From Amoebidium appalachense (taxonomy: Eukaryota > Protista > Ichthyosporea): a DNA stretch of 64,000 nt. Below, in pieces: positions 1-8,776 of the stretch; the stretch's first letter is position 1; each line of letters opens with the position of its first letter. Under the pieces are notes generated by a model that worked only from the letters and a program-made list of their open reading frames with translations, did no database searches and had not been told where the DNA came from. The stretch spans positions 7,813,794 to 7,877,793 of the forward strand of contig CAVNZM010000010.1 of the NCBI GenBank assembly GCA_963693365.1, read 5' to 3'. The translations under genes were made by a program, and so were the position numbers.

Positions 1-57
1 AGCATCGCCGCGGCAAGCAGTGGCAAAGAAAACACCAACAACAGTGAGGGGCCCAAG

Positions 58-858
58 ATGGTGCAGTACAAGGAGGTGTTCCTCAACGGTGTGGGCAAGG
101 CCACCATGGGCGCACCCTGGGTGATGAACGACGTGTTGGCCGTGCAGCTGTACAACCTGCCCAACATCAACATCAACGGGCAGATGCTCATCGAGTTGGT
201 CCCCAGCACGGTTGCCTGGGATGCCAAGCCCACCATTAGGGTCAAGTCGCAACGCCGCCCTGAGCCCTTTGAGGTGGCCTACGCCGTTGACCTGTGGCCC
301 TACGTGTGCAGCATGGCCAGGGACGTGTTGTGGATGCACAAGGACCACGAGATGCTCAAGGGGGTGGACGTGGACACCGTGCCTGTCAAGACCAGCAGCA
401 ACCTGTGGTCCAGGCACACCCCCAGCCTGTACGATGTGCTGGGTGCCGACCCCGTCGGCAAGGAGGACATGGTGGAGGCACTGGGCGGCACCTACTTCAA
501 CGTGACGTTGGAGCTCCCCAACCCCCTTGGCCGCAACCCCTGCCTCTTCAAGCTGGGCAACAACGCTGCCTCCATCGACGAGTTTGTGGAGTTTATGAAC
601 TCCCAACGTGCCAAGTGCCGTGAGGTGACTGCCTGGGTGTCTGCAGCTGCCACCAGCGTCATCTACAACAAGAAGAACAACACTGTGCGTACCAAGCTCG
701 TTGCCCGCAAGGTTCAGGTGTTTGACTTAGATGGCCTGATGGAGCTGGTTGGTGGTGAGGGGGGCGAGGGGGAGGGGGGTGAGGTAGACTTGGGGGTGGC
801 TAAGCGTGCAGGCACGCCCATGCCCGGTAATGACGATGCCAAAATGCTCAGAATGTAA
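58..858 (+). CDS. Viral hypothetical protein, possible OB-fold single-stranded DNA-binding protein; frame is open to the window start
   Basis: 266-aa ORF with GC3-rich codons; C-terminal beta-rich segment VTAWVSAAATSVIYNKKNNTVRTKLVARKVQVFDL followed by an acidic/Gly tail. Function is inference. Confidence 0.6.
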   Translation: MVQYKEVFLNGVGKATMGAPWVMNDVLAVQLYNLPNININGQMLIELVPSTVAWDAKPTIRVKSQRRPEPFEVAYAVDLWPYVCSMARDVLWMHKDHEMLKGVDVDTVPVKTSSNLWSRHTPSLYDVLGADPVGKEDMVEALGGTYFNVTLELPNPLGRNPCLFKLGNNAASIDEFVEFMNSQRAKCREVTAWVSAAATSVIYNKKNNTVRTKLVARKVQVFDLDGLMELVGGEGGEGEGGEVDLGVAKRAGTPMPGNDDAKMLRM

Positions 859-1101
859 TGACACATGACTGTATATTGAGAACATATTTGTCTACGGGTG
901 ATTGCCACGAAATAAACGGTCAAAAAACTTGTGTTTTTGGGGGAAAACGAACACTGTGAGCTACGTGACCGACTTGACTTGTGGCGCAATGAGAGGGAGT
1001 GTCAAAGACTTGCGCAAGTATGAGCCGATGAAATTTTGCGATTTTATCTCCAGGAATGCCCAGCATGTCGTTTTTTCTTCTCTTTCCCTGTCTTTCTCAA
1101 A

Positions 1102-1181
1102 AAAAAACTTGAAAATCCTTTTCAATCATCTCTTTTCGTAGAAAAAAGTCTTTTAAAGTTTTTGTTACCGTAGTAGACAAA

Positions 1182-1236
<55 letters not shown>

Positions 1237-1338
1237 CTCGTTTCCTTTCGTTAGTTTTGTGAAAAAACTTGAAAATCCTTTTCAATCATCTCTTTTCGTA
1301 GAAAAAAGTCTTTTAAAGTTTTTTGTTACTTAGACAAA

Positions 1339-1390
<52 letters not shown>
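1102..1390. repeat. Direct repeat with a 160-bp period; each copy is about 85 bp of AT-rich sequence plus (CA)n
   Basis: AAAAAACTTGAAAATCCTTTTCAATCATCTCTTTTCGTAGAAAAAAGTCTTTTAAAGTTTT starts at 1102 and 1262, each followed by TAGACAAATCTTT(CA)n. Confidence 0.9.
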
Positions 1391-1392
<2 letters not shown>

Positions 1393-1412
1393 CTTAGGGT
1401 CAGAAAGCAATC

Positions 1413-2456
1413 ATGCCTCCTCGTCGTAGACAACCCACTTCTCGTTTCATGAGAAAGGCAAAAAGCCCAACCAAGTTTGACCAATTTTTGAACCTCTTTT
1501 GTGTTGCGTACGTGGCTGTTTTCAACGCAGCATACGAGTACATTCAGTACATCACAAAGGGTGATTGGGCCCAGCGCCCACGTTGTCCCAACCTGGTGGA
1601 GTGCTATCATAACTGGGCAGAGGCTGAGGAGACACTTATCGAGGCAAACGTTGCAGAGAAGGACGAGATTCTGGAACGTGAGCGTCTGATTAGTGCCATA
1701 CAGATTGGCGTTGTGTCATGGTCATTCTCGCAGAAGGAGGCCCTACCGGGGGTTCTAAACGAGGTTTTTCATACGGACGTGTTTAAGTGGGACTGCAAGG
1801 ACGGGGTGTGGTCGGTCGGCATCGCTGTGCCTGTGTATGACACCGGTATGGATGATGGTTATGGCGAGGCCGAGTCGATCTTTAATAACCGTGACGACAC
1901 GTTCACTTTCACCCGCAAGTGCTTCGATTTCATGCAGGGGGTGGTCAACATACTCGAACGGGCCGGGAAGTTAGATTTGATGCTACACCAACACGTCATC
2001 GACACCTACACCGACACCATGGATATTTGGGGAGCAGCATGCAAGTACAAAAAGTTTATCAATGGAGAGTGGTTTGCCCCCGTCATACCCATGTACGACT
2101 TCTACCCGGCATCCAGACAGGAGAAACAGGTGGAATTGGGTAGAGAGACGGTCGAGAAGGTCATGGATGCCCTCGAGCTACTTACCCATGGACACGTTGC
2201 CTACCCCCGTGACATTATGGACCTGCTGAACGAATGCATCGGCATACCTCAGCTGTTTAGTGTGGTTTACGAGAGAGTCAGCAAGAGCACATGGTATGCT
2301 AAAAAACGCCCCAAATTCCAGAATTCTGTGATGAGAAAGACGGAGTATGTGTCGGTGTGGACCCTTATACTGGCAGCCCCACCCGAAAGCCCCAACGCAC
2401 CCGCCGAGCGCCAACCCATCACACTGCAGAAATTAATGCTTAAAGATGGGGAGTAA
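1413..2456 (+). CDS. Hypothetical protein (347 aa), basic N-terminus
   Basis: Long intronless ORF with protein-like composition; no recognised motif. Confidence 0.65.
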   Translation: MPPRRRQPTSRFMRKAKSPTKFDQFLNLFCVAYVAVFNAAYEYIQYITKGDWAQRPRCPNLVECYHNWAEAEETLIEANVAEKDEILERERLISAIQIGVVSWSFSQKEALPGVLNEVFHTDVFKWDCKDGVWSVGIAVPVYDTGMDDGYGEAESIFNNRDDTFTFTRKCFDFMQGVVNILERAGKLDLMLHQHVIDTYTDTMDIWGAACKYKKFINGEWFAPVIPMYDFYPASRQEKQVELGRETVEKVMDALELLTHGHVAYPRDIMDLLNECIGIPQLFSVVYERVSKSTWYAKKRPKFQNSVMRKTEYVSVWTLILAAPPESPNAPAERQPITLQKLMLKDGE

Positions 2457-2779
2457 GCACACACACACACACACACACACACACATGCACACATGCACAT
2501 GCACACTTAAATCGTTGTCTTCTTAGGCACACACACGTGCAGGCACACGTGTGCAATGCACCGCAGTAGTCTTGGGTTTGTACTCAGCTTGTTTTTCGTA
2601 AAAATAAAAGTTTATTTTTGCCGTCGATTGTCTTTGTAAAAAAGAAAAAACGTGGAAATAAAGGGCTCTGCCCATTGTCTTCACAAAAAAACGTGTCTAT
2701 GGTCATGGACAAGCTGAGAGGGTAAAAAACGTATAAAACGTGCAAGTATAGGGCACAGCCCTGCACGGTCACCCCTAAC

Positions 2780-3901
2780 CTAACCACTTAGGTAGATGAC
2801 GTCGCTGTTCACAGTCTTGAGGAGGGAAGAAGTACGGGGCTTAGACACCTGGACCCCACCGTAGATGTAGCGAGCACCGTGGGCCATCTTGTTGTTGTTG
2901 TTGTTGTAGGTGATGTTTCTGTTGCAGCTGCTGCAGATGGTGTAGAGGGGGGCACGGTTCTCCTTGTGATCTGGGGCAAGCTCCGGGACAGACTTGCGCC
3001 GTGACGGGGCCTCCTTGGCAATGTTTTTCTTGATCAACCCTGCAAAGTGAATCTTTTCACCTAAACCACACGCACGCTCCTCTGCAATAGTGCGCAGTAG
3101 GGCCTGCATTTCATGCAGGATATCCAGGGGAACCCCTTTGAAGATGGGTGTGGACTTTAACTTGGCAGCCTTGGCAGTGGCCACCATGGCCTGCAGGAAT
3201 CCTACAAGAACATGGGCCAGGAGGTGCACAAGCTCGTCCTCACGGTAGGGAGACACAGTCCCTGACTTGCACATAGCGGCAATGGGCTGCCAGCCGTCCT
3301 CTACCTGGTGCATGTACCTGTGGATGTAGTCGCCAACCAGCTGAGGATCTGTCTCGGCCTTGTACCTGATAGACCTGTCGTGCTCGTTGAACAGTGGCAG
3401 GAGGAGGTCTACCACAGCAACCGCCACCCCCTTGAGCATGAGGGCGTTGCGGCACGCGAGTGTTAGCTTAATCGAATCGGTGTGCAAGTCTGCCAGGTCT
3501 GCCAACCCACGTACGTTGTCACGCAACAGTGCCTCAGGCAGCCACATCCCAACAAAATCGTTGTGACCAGCGAAGCGTTTCTGGAAGTAGACTTTCCCCC
3601 CTGGGTTGTAACCAGCCTGGAAGAAGCCATCAACCGTGGCGGGATGGAGGTAGGCCGAGTTCTCCACAACACCGGGCTGTGCAGCATACCCCTCAGCCAG
3701 CGTGCGGTGGAGCTTGTAGAAGGGGTCAGGAACAAGGGCGGAAACATCTATGTCGGCCCAGGAGAAGGTGCGTAGATCATTGAAACAAGGATAGCCAAAG
3801 GATGTGACCATGGGTGTAGGTACAGAAAGGGCGGATGCTGCAGCAGCCTGAGCAACAGCTGTGCCATTGCAAAGAGGGGGTAGGGGAGAGAGAGGGTTCA
3901 T
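2780..3901 (-). CDS. Hypothetical protein (about 373 aa)
   Basis: Long intronless ORF, first ATG at 3901; one CxxC near the C-terminus; no recognised family. Confidence 0.65.
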   Translation of the reverse strand: MNPLSPLPPLCNGTAVAQAAAASALSVPTPMVTSFGYPCFNDLRTFSWADIDVSALVPDPFYKLHRTLAEGYAAQPGVVENSAYLHPATVDGFFQAGYNPGGKVYFQKRFAGHNDFVGMWLPEALLRDNVRGLADLADLHTDSIKLTLACRNALMLKGVAVAVVDLLLPLFNEHDRSIRYKAETDPQLVGDYIHRYMHQVEDGWQPIAAMCKSGTVSPYREDELVHLLAHVLVGFLQAMVATAKAAKLKSTPIFKGVPLDILHEMQALLRTIAEERACGLGEKIHFAGLIKKNIAKEAPSRRKSVPELAPDHKENRAPLYTICSSCNRNITYNNNNNKMAHGARYIYGGVQVSKPRTSSLLKTVNSDVIYLSG

Positions 3902-4170
3902 GTTTAAAAAGTTCGCTGTTTGCAAAAAGGCAGGCTAGAGTGGCTTAGAATAAAGGAAAAATGTTTGAAGAATGGACCGTTTGCAGGTGGTTTTTTGTGC
4001 CCTCCGGCACACATGCGGCCATTGCTCCAAACTTTGGTGACTCGCGTTGCACTAGGCGGCCAATCAAAGCGCAGGAAGGCTACCAATGGAATGAAAGTCA
4101 ACAAACCTTATTGGTTCCTCGCACCGCCCGCCAACGGTGTTTCGGGTGTGCACTTACCATATATGGGTTT

Positions 4171-4785
4171 TCAATTAGCTCTGCGACCCGAGACGTGTGG
4201 CGGCCTTGCCGGTGGCCAGACGTAGGGTTTGCCACCCACAAGCACCTGTGCACCGCCCCCTCCGCCCCCTCTCCACTCATAACCACCACCTGTGTGCGGG
4301 CGTGTACCCGTGGGCACACTCCCCCCACCACCACTACTGCCTGCAGCGTTGTATGGACCATAACCCGCAGCATTCTGTGCAGTGTGTAGCATATAGTTAC
4401 CCGCGTCCCTTGTGCCATTCCTCAGTGTCTTCCACGCGCTGAACGAGCCATTCTGGATCCCCTGACCCACATGCTGTGTGCCCTGCAGGGCGGCATCGCC
4501 TGTGGCACGTGCGGCCCCTTTGAGCCCCTTGAACGCTGTCCCCCCCACCTCCCCGGCCTTTTCTGCACTGTAGGTGGCTGCATCTGCTGCCTTGTTGTAC
4601 ATGTAGTTACCCACCCCCCTTGCTATGTCCCCCTTGTGTTTCCACGCATAATACCCCCCTGCCCCCAAGGCAGCACCGCCTGCCAGAGCCCCCACCCACT
4701 TAGCCACCTCTGACGCCTTGTTTGGTTGGTTTTGCACGTAGATGACGCGCGTGTTTCCGTTCCTGCCTCGCGATGACACACCCAT
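4171..4785 (-). CDS. Gly/Ala-rich protein with one hydrophobic segment (putative virion or membrane protein)
   Basis: ACCACCATG start; hydrophobic stretch WVGALAGGAALGAGGYYAW; Gly-rich C-terminus. Confidence 0.65.
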   Translation of the reverse strand: MGVSSRGRNGNTRVIYVQNQPNKASEVAKWVGALAGGAALGAGGYYAWKHKGDIARGVGNYMYNKAADAATYSAEKAGEVGGTAFKGLKGAARATGDAALQGTQHVGQGIQNGSFSAWKTLRNGTRDAGNYMLHTAQNAAGYGPYNAAGSSGGGGSVPTGTRPHTGGGYEWRGGGGGGAQVLVGGKPYVWPPARPPHVSGRRAN

Positions 4786-4854
4786 GGTGGTGGTGTGGCT
4801 TGCACTTTTACTTATGTGGGCATATTATTTTTTATTGCCAGAGTCATGTTCCTG

Positions 4855-5124
4855 CTAGCGCACGACCCTGCCATGTGCACGCCTGAGTGCTGCAAAGGTA
4901 GGACGTCTCCGGGTACTAGGAGCACGGTTGCCTGCTGAGGAGCCAGCCACAGTGGTTGGTTTAAGGAAAGAAGGGTGGCGTGTGTTGCGTGGACATATAC
5001 TGTCTGCAATGGATCCTGCCATGGCCTGCTGGCCATAAAAGCTAAAGTCTGTGCGCGTGGCGTTTGACGTGCGCTCAGTGAGGGGTTGAAATTGGTCATT
5101 GAGCACAACTTGGTAGGTGGCCAT
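4855..5124 (-). CDS. Small protein with Arg-rich C-terminus (putative core protein)
   Basis: ACCACCATG start at 5124; tail RAPSTRRRPTFAALRRAHGRVVR; packed between neighbouring genes. Confidence 0.55.
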   Translation of the reverse strand: MATYQVVLNDQFQPLTERTSNATRTDFSFYGQQAMAGSIADSICPRNTRHPSFLKPTTVAGSSAGNRAPSTRRRPTFAALRRAHGRVVR

Positions 5125-5174
5125 GGTGGTGTGCTGGTACCTTATACACTCTACCACACATTTTTATGATCTGG

Positions 5175-5720
5175 CTAGAATTCCAACCCCAGCACACCCC
5201 CTGTCTTTGAGCTGCGCGGGTATGTCTCAGGCACCCACGACACTACACGTGGGCCACCCACTGGCTGGGGCTCTGTAAACAGAAGCAGGCACACGCCCTC
5301 TGGTGATGGTCTCTTGAACCCCTCAAACTTGACCCTGCCCCGCAAAATGCGCACCTCTGCAGCGTACCTAAACGCCAGGTCATGAAACCAGCGTGCCTCT
5401 GTGCGTGCAGGTACAAGCAGTACGCTCTTTCTACCCTTTGACATGTACATCTGTATGGCCTTGCGTATGAAGGGGGAAATATCGGAGAACGGTGGGTTGA
5501 CATAGTTGATTTTCTCGCTGGACCACACACTGTCATCTGTGAGTGCGCAAGGGTCCTCCCCCTCTCGCCAGGTGATGGGGCAGGGGTCATTGAGTGTGCC
5601 AAACTCTTTTTCAAGCGCTTCCAGCAGCCATGCAGGCGTCTGCACCTTGTCTGTGTCCACACCGGTCCTCCTCTTGTCCACCGTCGACTTGTACACTCCG
5701 CAGCAACTCCCAAGCCCCAT
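5175..5720 (-). CDS. Phage Dam-type DNA N6-adenine methyltransferase
   Basis: QTP..L...L..EF...NDPCP, catalytic YVNPPFS, SVLLVPARTEARWF and LRGRVKF match the phage N6-adenine MTase family pattern; first ATG at 5720. Confidence 0.88.
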   Translation of the reverse strand: MGLGSCCGVYKSTVDKRRTGVDTDKVQTPAWLLEALEKEFGTLNDPCPITWREGEDPCALTDDSVWSSEKINYVNPPFSDISPFIRKAIQMYMSKGRKSVLLVPARTEARWFHDLAFRYAAEVRILRGRVKFEGFKRPSPEGVCLLLFTEPQPVGGPRVVSWVPETYPRSSKTGGVLGLEF

Positions 5721-6037
5721 GATCACACAGTCCCGCACCTGTGTGCTGTGAAAATTTCGCGGGCCACGGGCCGGGCCGGATCCTGCCGGGTCCGGGTCGG
5801 AGCGGGCCGTAAATGGGTCGGGTGGTCCGCAAAGGGCAGATTCGGGTCAGGACCAGTGGTCCGCACATGGAGGATTAGCCTGATTTGGCAGGTGACCAAA
5901 TAGGGCTAGTTTTGACGGTTGCGGGTTGGTGGGGCGTCGCCTGTTTGCGCAAACATTCCATTAAACCAATTTAAAACATAATTGCGGTCGCTCATTGGTG
6001 GGGAGTCTCTGTTTTTTTCAAGACATGGGAGGCTGCC

Positions 6038-7356
6038 CTAACGGCGTGTGTGCCTTTCACTGCGACGCAGACCCACTTGCTCCGGTTGATGTTCAAACGC
6101 GAGTTTTTTCCGTTCCCGTGCCTTGCGCTGTTCTTTTTCCTTTTGGGTTTGTCCACGTGTGCCCTTTCGGGGCACCAGCTCACGGCCTTCAAACGCCAGC
6201 TCTTCCACGGCTTTTTCCTTGGCTGTCTCCTTGCGGGCTCTACTCATCTCGCTGCTGTGCGGTACGGGCACACTGGTAGGTGGTACCTTCTTCAGCATGG
6301 TGTCTGGCCAAGCGTAGCGTAGGCCTGGCGTGTGTCTCCTCATCTCCCCTGTGGCTGCGTTGCGTAGGGCCCACCCACTTGCATCCTTGTAGGCAAGCGT
6401 GTAGACGTCCTTAGACCAGTTTCTGCCTTCTTTTTCAAACGGTCCCTTTGGTTTCTTGAGTGCACGTACGTGCACACCCTCTGTGTGGCCCATCCTTTCA
6501 CGTAGCTTACGCTTCTGTTTCCTGTTCTCCAGCCACGTGTTGATGCTGTTCCACCGTTCTGCCCGCTGGGTCATGCTGTCGGGGTCTCTGCCTATGGAAC
6601 CATGGTACGTATCGTTGTAATCATCCAGCACGTCTTCCAACCCTTCCCCTATCCACTTGCCCGTGTTGTTGGTCTCCATGTACTTGGTCAGTCCTTGCTT
6701 TAGAGTACGGTGGAACCGTTCCACCATGGCTACATTGCGTGGTTTTCTGCCTGGTTTTTGCGGGAGAATGGTGATGTCATTGTCGACGTAGTACTTTTTC
6801 ATGGTGTTGCTAAGAAACTCCGTGCCCTTGTCCGCAAAGATTTGCTTCACCTCTGTAGGTTGTAGGTTTTCCTCCCCCTCGTTGCTTTCGTCCTTCATCT
6901 CCTTGATTGTGTGTAGGGCCTTATCCACTGCCCTCCTCATCTCTGGCCCGTTGCTGATGGTGAGGTGCTCACTCTTCCCGGTCCCCGAGCTCTTTGTTTT
7001 TATGGGTACGACTGTTGCTTGCCGCGTGTTCATGTCAATCACACTCAATCCCCCCTTGTACCCCCTGTTTGCCTTTGAGTAACGTGGCATGAAAAACAGG
7101 TCAGCTGCCACACTGTTTGGCCGTGCTGTTGTGGTGAGGTAGTCCTTCCTCTTAATCCTATGGGGGGCCATCACCTCCGTGAGGGACTCCTGCAGCCCCG
7201 AGTGTCTCCTGGACAGGTAGGCACGCACGGCCGGTTGCCCCACCCTCTTGTCTTTTGCTTTTGCACGATGCCATAGGGCTTGTACGGAGGGGGGAGCTTG
7301 AAGGTGTCGTAGGTTTCATCAATCACCTGCTCAATGTCCTTCCCGTGGGCCACCAT
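6038..7356 (-). CDS. Retroviral-like (RVE, DDE) integrase of Polinton type; frameshift in a C6 run at 7289-7294
   Basis: Catalytic triad in AADLFFM, FADKGTEF and VERFHRTLK, then YNDTYHGSIG. Joining the N-terminus from ATG 7356 at the homopolymer gives IDETYDTFKLP-SVQALWHRAKAKDKRVGQPAVRAYL, about 439 aa. Confidence 0.92.
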
Positions 7357-7377
7357 GGTTGTTTCTTGTGCTTCCTA

Positions 7378-7969
7378 CTAGTCGGTCGACACTTTCTCCT
7401 TTGGGATCCTTCTTGGTCTGCGTGCAGCTGTGGTCTTTTTGGCTGTCTTTTTGGCCTTGGGGGCAGGGGGTGGTTGTAGCTTGATGGGGTGGTCGGGCAT
7501 GAGTGGCCGGGGGTGCAATGGTGTGATGTCCTGCTCCGTGTCTGTGCTTGCGGGTACATCCTCATCGTCGTCGAGTAGTGTGAGCACGGAGGGTTGCTGC
7601 TCTTGGAGTGGTGGGGGAGAGGCGGGAGGGGTGGGGAAGGCAAAGAGGGGCTCATAAAGGGGTGTTGGGGAGAGGGCGTCGTGGGGAAAAGGGGTGTCTG
7701 GTCGGGGAAAGTGGGGGGGAAGAGAGGGGAAGGGGGAGGGGGTGGGGTACTCTTGCAGTAGCACGTCCCTTATGGTGCTTGCATGCCCTTTCAACCACTC
7801 TGTGAAGGATTTCCACTCTAGCCCCTGCTCTGTGCACACTAGCATGTCCCCTTCCTTGGGTCGGTATCTAGGAAAGACAAGGGTATAGGATTCGGTCGAT
7901 GAGTGGGCTATGCACACCCACGTACTCTCCCGATCGCGTGAGCAGATTGAGTCTGTGTACGTTAGACAT
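7378..7969 (-). CDS. Protein with fibre-type N-terminal domain and Pro-rich/basic tail; +1 frameshift near 7910-7920
   Basis: ACCACCATG at 7969 gives MSNVHRLNLLTRSGEYVGV; the +1 frame continues IAHSSTESYTLVFPRYRPKEGDMLVCTEQGLEW, similar to the N-termini of the genes starting at 10786 and 12286. Confidence 0.65.
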
Positions 7970-8015
7970 GGTGGTTGTTTGCCTTTATTGTAGTTGCACA
8001 TTTTTTCGCACCGTG

Positions 8016-8774
8016 ATGGTACCAGACAACTGGAGAATGATTGTCAACCTGGCTCGAATCTACTTTACGACATGCTGTGCTATCATGTGTGTTGCATTGG
8101 TTGCTGCATCCTACGGCACAGTCACAATGATACCAGAGTTCGCAAAACGTACATGCATGTTTTGGCTCATCATCCTGCCCCTCACAGGTGTGGTCATGTG
8201 CCAAGCACAATGGGTGGCGTATGCCTGGCTCGACGTGGACACCCACCCTGACGTGGCCGGCCACTGTGTGATGTGGGCGCCCTACTGGCTGGGCTCGTGG
8301 CTGTATGTGGCCTCCCCCCTCGCCTACATGCTGGCAGCAGCGTGCTGGGCCCGATCCATGCGTGTGACGACCACGTTGTTCTTCCCACGGGCCGTGGCGT
8401 ACATGGTGTGTGCCTCCCTCCTCCCCCTAAGTGCCCTCTACGGCATGACGTGCGTGTTTGAACCGTCGGTGTTTGGCTACGTGTTTCTTGTGTCGAGGGG
8501 CGTGCTGGCGTGTGCCACCCTCGTCTGTGCACGGTACATGCTCTCCCTGTCCGTGCCCGTGCTCACCAGGAACATTGTGCTGTGCGTGTGCGTGCATGCA
8601 GGCCTTGCACTGGCGGGCATTGTGTTTGACGAGCTCCACTGGAACCTGTTGGAGTTTGGGTTTTTGGAGAACGGGTTTCTGACCACCTTGGGGTACACAC
8701 TGCTCGCCTGCTGCCTGCTTGCCCTCTGGTACCTCATACTCTACTGCATGGACGTGCTGGGCCCCTACACGTAG
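8016..8774 (+). CDS. Seven-transmembrane, GPCR-like membrane protein (about 252 aa)
   Basis: Seven hydrophobic segments counted by eye; Cys at the start of TM3 (GHC) and after TM4 (MTC); no Lys in TM7. Start taken at ATG 8016 because the divergent gene starts at 7969. Confidence 0.7.
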   Translation: MVPDNWRMIVNLARIYFTTCCAIMCVALVAASYGTVTMIPEFAKRTCMFWLIILPLTGVVMCQAQWVAYAWLDVDTHPDVAGHCVMWAPYWLGSWLYVASPLAYMLAAACWARSMRVTTTLFFPRAVAYMVCASLLPLSALYGMTCVFEPSVFGYVFLVSRGVLACATLVCARYMLSLSVPVLTRNIVLCVCVHAGLALAGIVFDELHWNLLEFGFLENGFLTTLGYTLLACCLLALWYLILYCMDVLGPYT

Positions 8775-8776
8775 TT

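Noticed and set aside
8016-8774. Viral rhodopsin or heliorhodopsin
   Set aside because: No lysine in the seventh helix for a retinal Schiff base
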